From Bacteroidia bacterium (lineage in GTDB: Bacteria > Bacteroidota > Bacteroidia > AKYH767-A > OLB10), in the NCBI GenBank assembly GCA_038320345.1, contig JBBQED010000015.1:6447-70446 (forward strand): DNA of 64,000 bases, in the 5' to 3' direction. The notes beneath the pieces are model-generated. The model worked only from the letters and a program-made list of their open reading frames with translations, searched no databases and had not been told where the DNA came from. Each line of letters opens with the position of its first letter. Position 1 is the stretch's first letter. Below, in pieces: positions 51,300 to 61,793 of the stretch. The translations under genes and the position numbers were made by a program.

Positions 51300-52370
51300 A
51301 TGAAACCACTTTTGCCGTTAACAGATCCATCACAACCTGATCTCAATTCCTATTCAGAAACTGATAGATTAATTGCTCGGATCTGTCGTGATCCTAGAGA
51401 TATCCCCTTTGTGTTTCTTACTCTCAAAATAACAGTCTTCATGATCCCTCTTGCGATCTTGATGTATCTACCTTCTATCACTGGTATTGCATGGTGGCTT
51501 ACTGCACTTGCTTATTTTGTAGTCAATAATTTTGTTTTTAAAGGACCTTTTGGTTTGATGCTGCATTGCACTAGTCACCGCGTTCTGTTTTCAAAAAAAT
51601 ATGGGATGCTAAATCATTACCTACCCTGGTTTATTGGACCCTTTTTCGGACAAACTCCAAAAACTTATTACAGTCATCATATCGGAATGCATCATCCTGA
51701 AAATAATCTTCCGGATGACATTAGTACTACTATGCCCTTTCGCCGCGATTCATTAAGAGGATTCCTAGCTTATTTCACTGATTTTTTCTTCTTGGTAGTC
51801 ATTCGCCTCGCCGCGTATTTTAAGCGTCATGATCGTAAAAAATTAATGCTACTCACCATCTCCGGTGAATTATTTTTTATACTGCTGGTTACAGGATTAA
51901 TGTTTGTGAATTGGCAAGCAACAGTAATGGTATTTATTGTTCCCTTTGTATTGTCTCGCGTAGTAATGATGTTAGGCAACTGGGCTCAGCATGCATTTGT
52001 GAGTGGTGATGATCCGGGTAATGCTTATAAGAATAGTATCACGTGCATCAATACAAAGTATAATCATAAATGCTGGAACGATGGTTACCATATCAGCCAT
52101 CATGTAAAACCTTCTATGCATTGGACCGAACATCCTCAGCATTTTTCTGAAAATATTCAAGAATATATAAACCATAAAGCCATCGTATTCGATGGAATTC
52201 ATTTCCTTCATGTATGGGTGTACCTCATGCGAGGACGCTATGACCTCTTAGCAAAAAACTTTGTAAACCTGGGAAATCATTTTCAGGATGATACTGAAGT
52301 GATCACATTTTTAAAATCACGCACACAGAAAATTATTCACAGTCCTCTTGATTTGTCAACTCTTAAATAG
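51300..52370 (+). CDS. Fatty acid desaturase family membrane protein
   Basis: Histidine boxes HCTSHR, HHIGMHH and HISHH. The start was moved to ATG 51300 (MKPLLPL). Confidence 0.7.
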   Translation: MKPLLPLTDPSQPDLNSYSETDRLIARICRDPRDIPFVFLTLKITVFMIPLAILMYLPSITGIAWWLTALAYFVVNNFVFKGPFGLMLHCTSHRVLFSKKYGMLNHYLPWFIGPFFGQTPKTYYSHHIGMHHPENNLPDDISTTMPFRRDSLRGFLAYFTDFFFLVVIRLAAYFKRHDRKKLMLLTISGELFFILLVTGLMFVNWQATVMVFIVPFVLSRVVMMLGNWAQHAFVSGDDPGNAYKNSITCINTKYNHKCWNDGYHISHHVKPSMHWTEHPQHFSENIQEYINHKAIVFDGIHFLHVWVYLMRGRYDLLAKNFVNLGNHFQDDTEVITFLKSRTQKIIHSPLDLSTLK

Positions 52371-52389
52371 TTCCCAATAAATATCGGAA

Positions 52390-53571
52390 TCAATTCATTT
52401 TTTCAAAAATCCCTGCCGCTCCTTGTCCGGTTCCAACGCACATTGACACCATTCCATATTTTTGTTTTCGGCGTTCCAGTTCGTTCATTAATTGGACAGT
52501 GAGTTTTCCTCCGGTACATCCTAATGGATGTCCTAACGCTATCGCACCTCCGTTAACATTTACTTTTTCATCATTTAAGCCTAATGTTCTACACACTGCG
52601 AGTGCCTGTGATGCAAATGCTTCGTTAAGTTCAATGAGATCTAGATCATCTTGTTTTAATCCTGCGCGTTTTAATGCTGCCGGGATGGCTTCAATGGGTC
52701 CTATGCCCATGATACGTGGTTCCACACCTGCTACTGCATAACTAACAAAACGTAATCTCGGATTCGCATTCAGTTGTTTTAACATCTTTTCTGAAACTAC
52801 TAATACAAATCCTGCACCGTCGCTAGTCTGGGAAGAATTACCTGCCGTTACACTTCCTCTTGCATCGAATACCGGTTTAAGGGTACTTAATTTTTCTAGG
52901 GAAGTATCGGCACGTGGTCCTTCATCAGTTTCAACAATCGATACTTTAGTTTGTTTCTTTTCGTTTTGATCAAGAAAAATTTCTTCGATTTTATACGGTA
53001 CAATTTGTTCTTTAAATGCACCGTCTGTAATAGCTTTTATTGCACGTTGATGTGAGCGTAATGAAAATGCATCTTGATCTTCACGACTCACTTTGTATTC
53101 TCTTGCAACGGCTTCGGCAGTTAGTCCCATCCCCCAATAGTAATCGGGATTTGATTTGGAAATTTCATAATTGGGAACAATTTTCCATCCACCAAAAGGA
53201 ATTGGACTCATACATTCAACACCGCCAGCAATAATACAATCCGCCATTCCTGCTTTGATTTTCGCTGCTGCAATGGCAATAGTTTCTAGTCCAGAAGCAC
53301 AATATCGGTTTACCGTCATGCCTGGAACTTTAACAGTATTTAATCCCATCAGCGAAATCATTCTACCGATGTTTAACCCTTGCTCAGCTTCAGGCGTTGC
53401 ATTTCCTACTATCACATCATCTATTAATTCTTTATCCAAATTCGGTACTGTGCTCATCATATGTTTGATGACGGCAACTGCTAAATCATCAGGACGTGTA
53501 AAACGAAACTGACCACGAGGTGCTTTCCCAACTGCAGAACGAAAACCGGTAAGAATATATGCTTCAGACAT
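52390..53571 (-). CDS. fadA: Acetyl-CoA C-acyltransferase (thiolase)
   Basis: Thiolase active-site Cys region (VNRYCASGLE) and C-terminal motifs NGGAIALGHPLGCTG and CVGTGQG. Confidence 0.9.
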   Translation of the reverse strand: MSEAYILTGFRSAVGKAPRGQFRFTRPDDLAVAVIKHMMSTVPNLDKELIDDVIVGNATPEAEQGLNIGRMISLMGLNTVKVPGMTVNRYCASGLETIAIAAAKIKAGMADCIIAGGVECMSPIPFGGWKIVPNYEISKSNPDYYWGMGLTAEAVAREYKVSREDQDAFSLRSHQRAIKAITDGAFKEQIVPYKIEEIFLDQNEKKQTKVSIVETDEGPRADTSLEKLSTLKPVFDARGSVTAGNSSQTSDGAGFVLVVSEKMLKQLNANPRLRFVSYAVAGVEPRIMGIGPIEAIPAALKRAGLKQDDLDLIELNEAFASQALAVCRTLGLNDEKVNVNGGAIALGHPLGCTGGKLTVQLMNELERRKQKYGMVSMCVGTGQGAAGIFEKMN

Positions 53572-53755
53572 AATAATAGTGATTGTGTTGTTACGAATAT
53601 ACTAAGTATACTCTTTTATCAAGACTAAGTTCGAGGTAATTTTCAGTAATAGGCGCTGTTCATTTTCAGCATGGTGAAATTGGTCAACAAGCTAGAATGA
53701 TCATGCTAAATTTCACTTAAAACAAAACGACCAGCAGAAGCTGGTCGTAAATAGA

Positions 53756-54478
53756 TTAATTTTTTTTGGAAGTATCAGGTGGAGTAGTGGGAACAGGTGT
53801 TCCTGTAGGCGGTGGAGTTCCAGTAGTTGTTCCAGTTGCTGCACCGGGAGCTGTTGGAGTTCCGGGTTTTGATCCAGCTTTTTTCGCAGCTTCCGCTTTT
53901 TTCTTGGCTTCTTCTGCTTTTTTAGCTTCTTCAGCGGCAGCCTTCATATCAACACCATCCTTATAAGTAGATGCGCTGAGTAATGCCCCCTTTCGGTTAT
54001 AGGCCTTCCAATCTCCATCTCGCTTATTGTTTTTGAAGTAACCTTCGCTACTCACTTCACCATCCTCATAGTATTTTGTCCATTTCCCATCTTTCTTTCC
54101 AGCGATATACTCACCTTCTTGTTTTACGGTTCCTGAATAGTAGTATCTTTTATAGACACCTTCTTTAATACCATTTTGATATTCTTGTTCTTCCATTACT
54201 TTCCCATAGGGATAATAACGTTTGGAGGTTCCATGGCGTTTGTCGTTGACATATTCAACTTCGTTGATCAGATCTCCGAGTGAATTGTAGGTGCGCCAAG
54301 CGCCTTGTTTTTGACCGAGTTCATCGGTTTTGTTACGGTGTTTTTCCTTACCGGGAGCGTACTTAGGCTTTTCTTCAGTCTGACTAAGACTTAACATTGG
54401 CAAAGCAAGCAGGAAGAACAACAGGAAACGGCATCGTTTCATATTAGGTTGGGTTTTCGAAGTGGCTAAAATAAACAA
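53756..54478 (-). CDS. Secreted MORN-repeat (YwqK-like) protein with a KAEEAKK repeat and a Pro/Thr-rich tail
   Basis: Multiple MORN-variant repeats (YYPYGKVMEEQEYQNGIKEG...). The C-terminus reads EEAKKAEEAKKKAEAAKK...TPTAPGAATGTTTGTPPPTGTPVPTTPP. Confidence 0.7.
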   Translation of the reverse strand: MFILATSKTQPNMKRCRFLLFFLLALPMLSLSQTEEKPKYAPGKEKHRNKTDELGQKQGAWRTYNSLGDLINEVEYVNDKRHGTSKRYYPYGKVMEEQEYQNGIKEGVYKRYYYSGTVKQEGEYIAGKKDGKWTKYYEDGEVSSEGYFKNNKRDGDWKAYNRKGALLSASTYKDGVDMKAAAEEAKKAEEAKKKAEAAKKAGSKPGTPTAPGAATGTTTGTPPPTGTPVPTTPPDTSKKN

Positions 54479-54483
54479 CTAAT

Positions 54484-56910
54484 TTAATTCCTGAGTGGCT
54501 TTCCGGTGGTCAAAATCGATTGAATCCTTTCCAACGTCTTTTTTTCGGTACATAATGATAGAAAAGCTTCCCTTTCGAGGTCAAGCAAATATTGTTCCGA
54601 TACGAGTGTAGGAGCCGATAAATCGCCCCCACAAAGTACATATCCTAACTTCTCGGAAATTAATTTATCATGTTCGCTAATATAATTTCCGCTGAGCATA
54701 GTATTTGCCCCCGCGAATACCATTCCGAGCCCCGATCTACCTAAAACACGGATGTCTTTTCGTGGAGTTGGACGGGTATAACCGGCGGCATCTAGTTCAA
54801 TGGCGGCTTGTTTGGCATCAGCAAGTAAACGACTTCTATTCAGGCTAATTTCATCGATTCCAGGTCTAAGTATCCCCAGATCAAAGGCTTCCTGAGCTGA
54901 AGTGGACACCTTAGCTTGCCCAATCGTTAGGAATCGATCGCGTAAAAGATTGAGTTCGATGTCGCCTTCCTGTACAGAATCAGCGAAACGGAGTGCAAAT
55001 TCCTTCGTTCCACCTCCTCCAGGGATTAATCCTACGCCAAATTCAACCATTCCGATATATGTTTCCGCATGCGCCTGAACCTTATCCGCATGTAGCGACA
55101 TTTCACAACCTCCTCCAAGAGTAAGATTAAAAGGTGCAACTACCACAGGGATAGAAGAATATCGAACCCTCATGTTCATATTCTGAAACATACGGATCGC
55201 CATATCTATTTCATCATACTCCTGTTCGATGGCCATCATAAACACCATAGCGAGATTAGCACCGGCTGAAAAATTCTGTCCCTCGTTGCCAATAACTAAT
55301 CCTCTGAAATTTTCTTCTGCAAGATCGATGGCTTTATTTACACCTTGAACAACTTCCCCACCAATTGTATTCATTTTAGTACGGAACTCACAATTCAGAA
55401 TCCCATCACCAATATCAATTATCGAACACCCTGAATTGCTCCAAACTGTTTTTGTCCCTCTTAGTGGCTGCAAAGCAACATACTGTTCTTGACCAGGTAA
55501 GCGCTGGTAACTTTTAGAACGAATGTCATAACAAAATTTTTGACCGTTTTCGGTTTTGTAAAACGATGCGCATCCTGCTTGCAACATCTCAGATACCCAA
55601 GGTGCCGAACTAATACCCGATGCCTCCATGGCTTTGAGTGTTTTTTCTACACCTAAAATATCCCAACTAACAAATGGACCAGCTTCCCATCCAAAACCAG
55701 CTTCCATGGCTGCATCTACTTGATATATTTCATCGGCAATCTCAGGAATTCTTTGGGAAACATAGTTGAATAAACTGTAAAAAGAATTTCTGTAAAAATC
55801 TCCTGCTTTATCTTTGCCGGCAACTAAAATTCGCATTCGATCCTGCAAATCATCAACTGTTTTAGCAGCTTCTAAGGTGGCAAATTTCACCTTGCTTTGT
55901 ACACGATATTCAAGGGAGTTTAAATCAAGTACGAGAATCTCCGACTTGCCTTTTTCATTTTTAACTTTTTTATAAAATCCTTGTTTTGTTTTATCCCCGA
56001 GCCATTTATTGTCAACCATTTTACTGATGTAATCCGGCAAAATAAATGTACTCCGCTGACGATCATCTGGACAATTTTCATAAACACCTTTAGCAACATT
56101 GACGAGAGTATCTAACCCAACAACATCACATGTTCTGAAAGTAGCAGACTTCGGCCGCCCTAAAATGGGACCTGTAAGTTTATCGATTTCTTCGACCGTA
56201 AGTCCTGATTGCTGTACTTGATGAAATAAGGAAAGTATACTGTAAACTCCAATTCTATTGGCGATAAATGCGGGACTATCTTTACAAAGTACTGTAGTTT
56301 TTCCGAGATATAAATCTCCATAATGCATCAGAAAATCTAGTACTTCTTTAGAAGTTTCTGGCCCCGGAATAATTTCCAATAAGCGTAAATAACGTGGAGG
56401 ATTAAAGAAGTGTGTGCCACAAAAATGTTTCCTGAAATCTTCCGATCTTCCGTTCGATAACTGATGAATTGGAATTCCAGAAGTGTTACTGGTGATTAAA
56501 GTTCCAGGCGTACGGTATTTTTCTACTTCTTCAAAAACCTTATTTTTTATAGCGGCATTCTCTACTACTACTTCAATAATCCAGTCGCATGCCGTTACGT
56601 CTTTCATATTATCAGTAAAATTACCTGTAGTAATTAAAGAGATAGATGACTTACTATAAAGTGCAGCAGGGTTGGATTTAAGCGTATTCTGTAATGCTTC
56701 GTTAACGATTCTGTTTCGAACAGCAATATGATCTAGGGAAAGTCCTTTCGCAGTTTCCGCAGGACTTAATTCACGAGGAACGATATCGAGCAATAGTACA
56801 TTAACACCAATATTAGCAAAATGACAAGCAATTCTGGAACCCATGATTCCCGATCCCAACACCGCAACTTTACGAATCTTACGCATATTCTGATTAATTA
56901 TTCTACTCAC
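54484..56910 (-). CDS. fadB: Bifunctional 3-hydroxyacyl-CoA dehydrogenase / enoyl-CoA hydratase
   Basis: N-terminal NAD-binding GSGIMGSRIA motif and a C-terminal crotonase fold. 808 aa. Confidence 0.9.
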   Translation of the reverse strand: MSRIINQNMRKIRKVAVLGSGIMGSRIACHFANIGVNVLLLDIVPRELSPAETAKGLSLDHIAVRNRIVNEALQNTLKSNPAALYSKSSISLITTGNFTDNMKDVTACDWIIEVVVENAAIKNKVFEEVEKYRTPGTLITSNTSGIPIHQLSNGRSEDFRKHFCGTHFFNPPRYLRLLEIIPGPETSKEVLDFLMHYGDLYLGKTTVLCKDSPAFIANRIGVYSILSLFHQVQQSGLTVEEIDKLTGPILGRPKSATFRTCDVVGLDTLVNVAKGVYENCPDDRQRSTFILPDYISKMVDNKWLGDKTKQGFYKKVKNEKGKSEILVLDLNSLEYRVQSKVKFATLEAAKTVDDLQDRMRILVAGKDKAGDFYRNSFYSLFNYVSQRIPEIADEIYQVDAAMEAGFGWEAGPFVSWDILGVEKTLKAMEASGISSAPWVSEMLQAGCASFYKTENGQKFCYDIRSKSYQRLPGQEQYVALQPLRGTKTVWSNSGCSIIDIGDGILNCEFRTKMNTIGGEVVQGVNKAIDLAEENFRGLVIGNEGQNFSAGANLAMVFMMAIEQEYDEIDMAIRMFQNMNMRVRYSSIPVVVAPFNLTLGGGCEMSLHADKVQAHAETYIGMVEFGVGLIPGGGGTKEFALRFADSVQEGDIELNLLRDRFLTIGQAKVSTSAQEAFDLGILRPGIDEISLNRSRLLADAKQAAIELDAAGYTRPTPRKDIRVLGRSGLGMVFAGANTMLSGNYISEHDKLISEKLGYVLCGGDLSAPTLVSEQYLLDLEREAFLSLCTEKKTLERIQSILTTGKPLRN

Positions 56911-57053
56911 TAATATCGCACTCCCGAGTTTCTAAGGGGTCTATTTCAGCTGTTATTCTCCAAACCTAACACAAAATTGTTCGTTTCCAAAATTCACGCT
57001 ACTAACCAACCATAATTGATAAGTATGAATACTAAACAATGGAAAGCCTTTAT

Positions 57054-58937
57054 TTATTTTTTCTGCAGGTATTTGGCCAGAAATTTCTCCATGGCATCAT
57101 AAAAATCGAAGCGATTTTCTTCATTGTGGAAGCCATGTCCTTCATTTTCTTTTACCATATATTCCACGTCAATATTTCTTTTTTTCAAGGCCTCTACCAT
57201 CTGATCACTTTCGTTTTTATTTACCCGAGGATCTTGAGCTCCTTGCGCTATAAATAACGGGGTTTTAATTTGATCTACCAGAAATACAGGAGATGTTTTT
57301 CTCATCATTAACGAATCCTCCATATTCCCTGGATCACCAACCATTTCATACATCATGGCGAGATAAGGTTTCCAATATGGAGGTATGGATTTCATAAACG
57401 TGAAAAGATTTGAAACCCCAACATAATCAACGGCGCAGGCATACAAATCAGGAGTGAGTGTAATACCTGCCAAGGTAGCATAACCTCCATAGGAAGCTCC
57501 GTAAATAGCGACCCGCTTAGGATCAGCAATACCTTGATCTATCAAAAATTTTACACCATCGGTAATATCATTCTGCATGGTTTGGCCCCATTGTTTAAAG
57601 CCAATCTCCATAAATTTCTTTCCATACCCTGTACTTCCTCTGAAGTTCATCTGTAAAACTGCATATCCTCTGCTGGCTAGAAATTGTACTTCCGGATTCC
57701 ATCCCCAACTATCACGTGCCCAAGGACCTCCATGGGGATTAATCACTAAGGGTAAGTTTTTAGCAATAGCACCTCTTGGCAAAGTTAAATAGCCATGAAT
57801 AGTCACTCCATCTCTGGTCATATAGGTGATAGGCTTCATATAAGACATGAGATTCTCATTAATCCAAGGACTAATTTTACCTATCAATGCAATAGAATCT
57901 TTCAGTAAATCATAATAATAGCAAGCACCTAATGAACGATCACTGTAAGTTCTAACTATCATTTTGTTCTCATCTCTATTCATACTGGAGATGGTAACTT
58001 TATATTCCGGAAATGCAGTTTGCAAACGCTTATACATTTTCTCTGTACTAGGATCTAAAAATTTATATTCGTATTTTTCTGTTTCGTATCCCGCCCAAGT
58101 AATTACTTTTCTTTTTCTGGAATACGATAAGTCAGACACATCAACATCAGGATGTTCAAATATGGTTTTTAATTCCTGACCATTCAGCGGATCAATTAAA
58201 ACGATAGCTGCGTAATTCCTCTTGATATTGCTACTGGAATATAAATATTTATTGTCAAAGGTGAAAAATAGTGGGGTACAACTTTCTTTAAAGTTAGTAG
58301 TGATAATCACTGAAAAGGTATCAGTTTCACTCTTGCGATAAAGTAAACTGGTATTCACTCCATCATTGGTTACTGCAACTCTAACTTTACCTTCATGATC
58401 GGTAACCCAACTGGAAATATTGCCTGGATTTTCAGCTACCATTTTCATTTCTCCAGTACTGATCTTCAAACGGTACACATCAAATATTTCCGCATTACGT
58501 TGGTTGGTTTCTATTAATACTTCATCAGGAAAATCGATTAGATCATCTGTAATATTTACTCGAACTCCCGTAAATGGTGTTAGATCTCTTTCGTTTTTGC
58601 CGTTGATATCGGCAGCAAAAAGATGGAAGTTTTCATCACCATTTAAATCTTTCAAATAAATCAACGTCGTATTATTTTTCCAGAAATATCCAGAAATATC
58701 TCGGTCCTTAACTTTAGTGATCACCGTTGAATCTTTGGCTCCTATTTTAGATACTACGATATTCATGCGGTTCCCAATGGGAGCCAGATATGCTAAATGA
58801 AGTCCGTCAGGTGAGATCTGATAACGGCTCTTTAATGGGTTTCTAAAAAAATCCTTAATCGTATAGGGGGATTGCTGCGCAAAACCTGCCGTACAACCTA
58901 AGAGTAGAAAAAAGATAAAAATGTAATGACGTTTCAT
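57054..58937 (-). CDS. S9 family serine peptidase (prolyl oligopeptidase / dipeptidyl peptidase type), secreted
   Basis: Signal peptide, a beta-propeller N-terminal region and the catalytic GASYGGY (GxSxGG) motif. Confidence 0.85.
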   Translation of the reverse strand: MKRHYIFIFFLLLGCTAGFAQQSPYTIKDFFRNPLKSRYQISPDGLHLAYLAPIGNRMNIVVSKIGAKDSTVITKVKDRDISGYFWKNNTTLIYLKDLNGDENFHLFAADINGKNERDLTPFTGVRVNITDDLIDFPDEVLIETNQRNAEIFDVYRLKISTGEMKMVAENPGNISSWVTDHEGKVRVAVTNDGVNTSLLYRKSETDTFSVIITTNFKESCTPLFFTFDNKYLYSSSNIKRNYAAIVLIDPLNGQELKTIFEHPDVDVSDLSYSRKRKVITWAGYETEKYEYKFLDPSTEKMYKRLQTAFPEYKVTISSMNRDENKMIVRTYSDRSLGACYYYDLLKDSIALIGKISPWINENLMSYMKPITYMTRDGVTIHGYLTLPRGAIAKNLPLVINPHGGPWARDSWGWNPEVQFLASRGYAVLQMNFRGSTGYGKKFMEIGFKQWGQTMQNDITDGVKFLIDQGIADPKRVAIYGASYGGYATLAGITLTPDLYACAVDYVGVSNLFTFMKSIPPYWKPYLAMMYEMVGDPGNMEDSLMMRKTSPVFLVDQIKTPLFIAQGAQDPRVNKNESDQMVEALKKRNIDVEYMVKENEGHGFHNEENRFDFYDAMEKFLAKYLQKK

Positions 58938-59184
58938 ATTTTTGTGATTGGATCAGCTAAAATAGCAGAAAAGAGATTCATGCGATTTTGTCCACTTAGT
59001 TCTTTCATTAACAATACTTTTGCATGATCAGGCACATTTGTTTGATCTGTTCGTCAGAAAGGTCTCAAAATCTGCTTATTTTCTGGATAATCAGCATTGA
59101 GAAAAACCGCAAATTGTTGAAAAGTAAGTTATTACGAATTCATGTCAAAGGGTTAATTTTGCATTCTTATTTGAAATAAAAATT

Positions 59185-59775
59185 ATGAGCTTCGAAAAGA
59201 TCATTTCTATTCCCGGTATGGGAGGTTTGTTTAAAATGGTTGCACAAATGCGCAATGGTGGTTATGTTGTGGAAGCATTGGCCGACAAACGTCGTGTTCC
59301 GGTTTCCGCCATGCAACGTATCATTATGTTGAAAGATATCAGTGTGTATACTACTGAGGGTGATGTGCCTTTGTATGATGTCTTCAAAAAGATGAAAGAC
59401 ATGGACAGTATGGCTTCCGGCATTGGTGCTAAAGCAGAAGCTGATGAACTAAGAGCAGGTTTGAAAAAAATACTTCCTGATTTTGATGACGAGCGTGTTC
59501 ATACTTCCGATATCCGCAAAATGTTTAGCTGGTATGGAATGTTAAAAGAAGAAATTGGCTCCGAAGAATCAGAAGCAGCTATGAAAGCAGAAGCGAATGC
59601 TGATGAACCACTTGAAGCAGTTAATGAAACCGTTGAAGAAACGCCCGCAGAAGAAGCTCCTAAAAAGAAAGTCGTAAAAAAGAAAAAAGCCGATGAGCCA
59701 GTTGCGGAATCAGTAGATGCTGAAGAAACTCCTAAGAAAAAAGCTCCTCGTAAAACAACCAAAAAAGCCGAATAG
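59185..59775 (+). CDS. Conserved hypothetical protein with a C-terminal histone-H1-like Lys/Ala/Pro-rich tail
   Basis: The N-terminal ~120 aa form a globular region. The C-terminus reads PKKKVVKKKKADEP...PKKKAPRKTTKKAE. Confidence 0.5.
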   Translation: MSFEKIISIPGMGGLFKMVAQMRNGGYVVEALADKRRVPVSAMQRIIMLKDISVYTTEGDVPLYDVFKKMKDMDSMASGIGAKAEADELRAGLKKILPDFDDERVHTSDIRKMFSWYGMLKEEIGSEESEAAMKAEANADEPLEAVNETVEETPAEEAPKKKVVKKKKADEPVAESVDAEETPKKKAPRKTTKKAE

Positions 59776-59829
59776 TTTTCAAGAGCTAATCGCTTAATGT
59801 ATTATTTTCAGTTCTCAGATTCTGTATAG

Positions 59830-61557
59830 ATGTTACTATCCGAAAAGGAAATGCTTGAGGCCTCTCTGCGTCATTATCTTCCAATCAATTTGGTTATCAA
59901 TAAATGGGAAGATATCTCTTCCTTTTTTTCTGAATTGTTGGCAAGACCACTTGCTGATGTGGGTGATTTAAAACAATGGTTGCTGGATAGAAGTGAACTT
60001 GAAGCAGTGCTTCAGGAAGATCTTGGTTGGCGCTATATTCGGATGAGTTGCGATACAGCAAATACACAACTCGCTGCAGATTATACTTTTTTTGTTTCGG
60101 AAATTCAACCGCTGATTGCTCCCATTAGTCATCAGCTAGATCAGAAATTATTGGAGTCTCCTTTTCTTAATGATCTCAAGGATCCTCGACTGGAAATTGC
60201 ATTGCGTCAACTCAGAAAAAAAGTTGAAATTTTTCGTGAAGAAAATGTATTGCTCATCGCTGAAATGCAACAAAAAGAACAACACTACGCAACGATCTCA
60301 GGAGCAATGATGGTGGAGGTGGATGGGAAAGAATTGACACTACAGCAAGCTGCCAATTACCTCGAACAAGATGATCGTGAAAAACGGGAATCGGTGTATC
60401 GTAAAATTCTGGAACGGAGATTAAAAGATCGTGATGCGCTCGATGCATTATTTGATGAATTGCTCGCATTACGTCATAAAATAGCACTGAACTCTGGGTT
60501 TACCAATTACCGCGATTATATGTTCGCTAACCTGGGTCGCTTTGATTATAATGCAGAAGATTGTTATCGTTTTCATGATGCAGTGGAGAAAGCTGTTGTG
60601 CCGCTGGTTGGTTTTAGTGAAGAAAAGCACAAAAAAGAATTGGGTGTTTCTGAATTGAAACCCTGGGATCTCGCAGCTGAACCGAAAGGTCAACTTCCCC
60701 TTCGTCCCTTTAGCGATGCAAGCGATTTAATGGAAAAAACAATCTCTTGTTTTAATGATCTAGATCCTTTCCTTGGTGCTTGTATGCAAGCAATGACTAA
60801 TGCTGGTCGCCTTGATCTCGAATCTCGAAAAGGGAAGGCGCCAGGAGGATATAATTATCCACTTTATGAAACGGGAATGCCGTTTATTTTCATGAACTCA
60901 ACGAATACCTTGCGTGATCTGGTAACTATCGTTCATGAAGGTGGTCATGCCGTACATTCTATAGTTGATAAACCCCTTGAACTAGTAGAGTTCAAGAATC
61001 TTCCGAGTGAAGTGGCGGAACTAGCGTCTATGTCCATGGAGCTGATGTCGATGGAAGAATGGCAACACTTTTTTACTTCTGATGCAGATCTACAGCGAGC
61101 AAGGAGAAAACATCTAGAAGATGTATTGAAAGGTCTTCCGTGGATCGCTGCAGTAGATGCTTTCCAACATTGGATTTATCTCCATCCCGGACATACCGTT
61201 CAGGAGAGAAGGGATGCATGGACAGAAAACTATCAGCGTTTTATGGGTTCTACAACAAGTTGGGAAGGGGTAGAAGATGCAAGAGTTAATCTTTGGCAGA
61301 AGCAACTCCATATTTTCGAAGTGCCCTTTTATTATATAGAATATGGCTTTGCTCAGTTGGGTGCAATAGCCGTATGGAGAAATTTTAAAACCGATAGAAA
61401 AAAAGCCTTGAATCAGTATCTCGATGCTTTGAAATTAGGCTATACAGCTTCTATTGGTGATATTTATAAAACGGCTGGCGTCAGTTTCGATTTCTCAGAG
61501 TCCTATGTTCGGGAACTCTGTTCTTTCGTGAAGGCGGAACTAGTAACTCTAAATTGA
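59830..61557 (+). CDS. M3 family oligoendopeptidase (PepF-like)
   Basis: HEGGHAVH zinc motif and a downstream Glu region. 575 aa. Confidence 0.85.
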   Translation: MLLSEKEMLEASLRHYLPINLVINKWEDISSFFSELLARPLADVGDLKQWLLDRSELEAVLQEDLGWRYIRMSCDTANTQLAADYTFFVSEIQPLIAPISHQLDQKLLESPFLNDLKDPRLEIALRQLRKKVEIFREENVLLIAEMQQKEQHYATISGAMMVEVDGKELTLQQAANYLEQDDREKRESVYRKILERRLKDRDALDALFDELLALRHKIALNSGFTNYRDYMFANLGRFDYNAEDCYRFHDAVEKAVVPLVGFSEEKHKKELGVSELKPWDLAAEPKGQLPLRPFSDASDLMEKTISCFNDLDPFLGACMQAMTNAGRLDLESRKGKAPGGYNYPLYETGMPFIFMNSTNTLRDLVTIVHEGGHAVHSIVDKPLELVEFKNLPSEVAELASMSMELMSMEEWQHFFTSDADLQRARRKHLEDVLKGLPWIAAVDAFQHWIYLHPGHTVQERRDAWTENYQRFMGSTTSWEGVEDARVNLWQKQLHIFEVPFYYIEYGFAQLGAIAVWRNFKTDRKKALNQYLDALKLGYTASIGDIYKTAGVSFDFSESYVRELCSFVKAELVTLN

Positions 61558-61793
61558 TTCTAGCGTGATGCGTGCTGTATAGGATGCTGTTTTTTACAGC
61601 GAATTCAGCATGAAATGATTGGTTTTTCTGAATTTTGAAAATTCTTTTGTACATTACATGGGCTTTTAAAAAAATATGTCAGGTTTAAAACTAACTTGCT
61701 TTCCTTCGGAAAATTTCGGGATCTATGTAACTTTTTCTGATTTTATCGTATAACTAATATTAAGGAACCCCCTGAAACCACATCCAACGGAGT

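Noticed and set aside
53766-53966. A Gly/Val/Pro-rich 66-aa ORF on the plus strand
   Set aside because: It is the antisense reading of the Pro/Thr/Ala-rich tail of the MORN protein gene, and is a compositional artefact.
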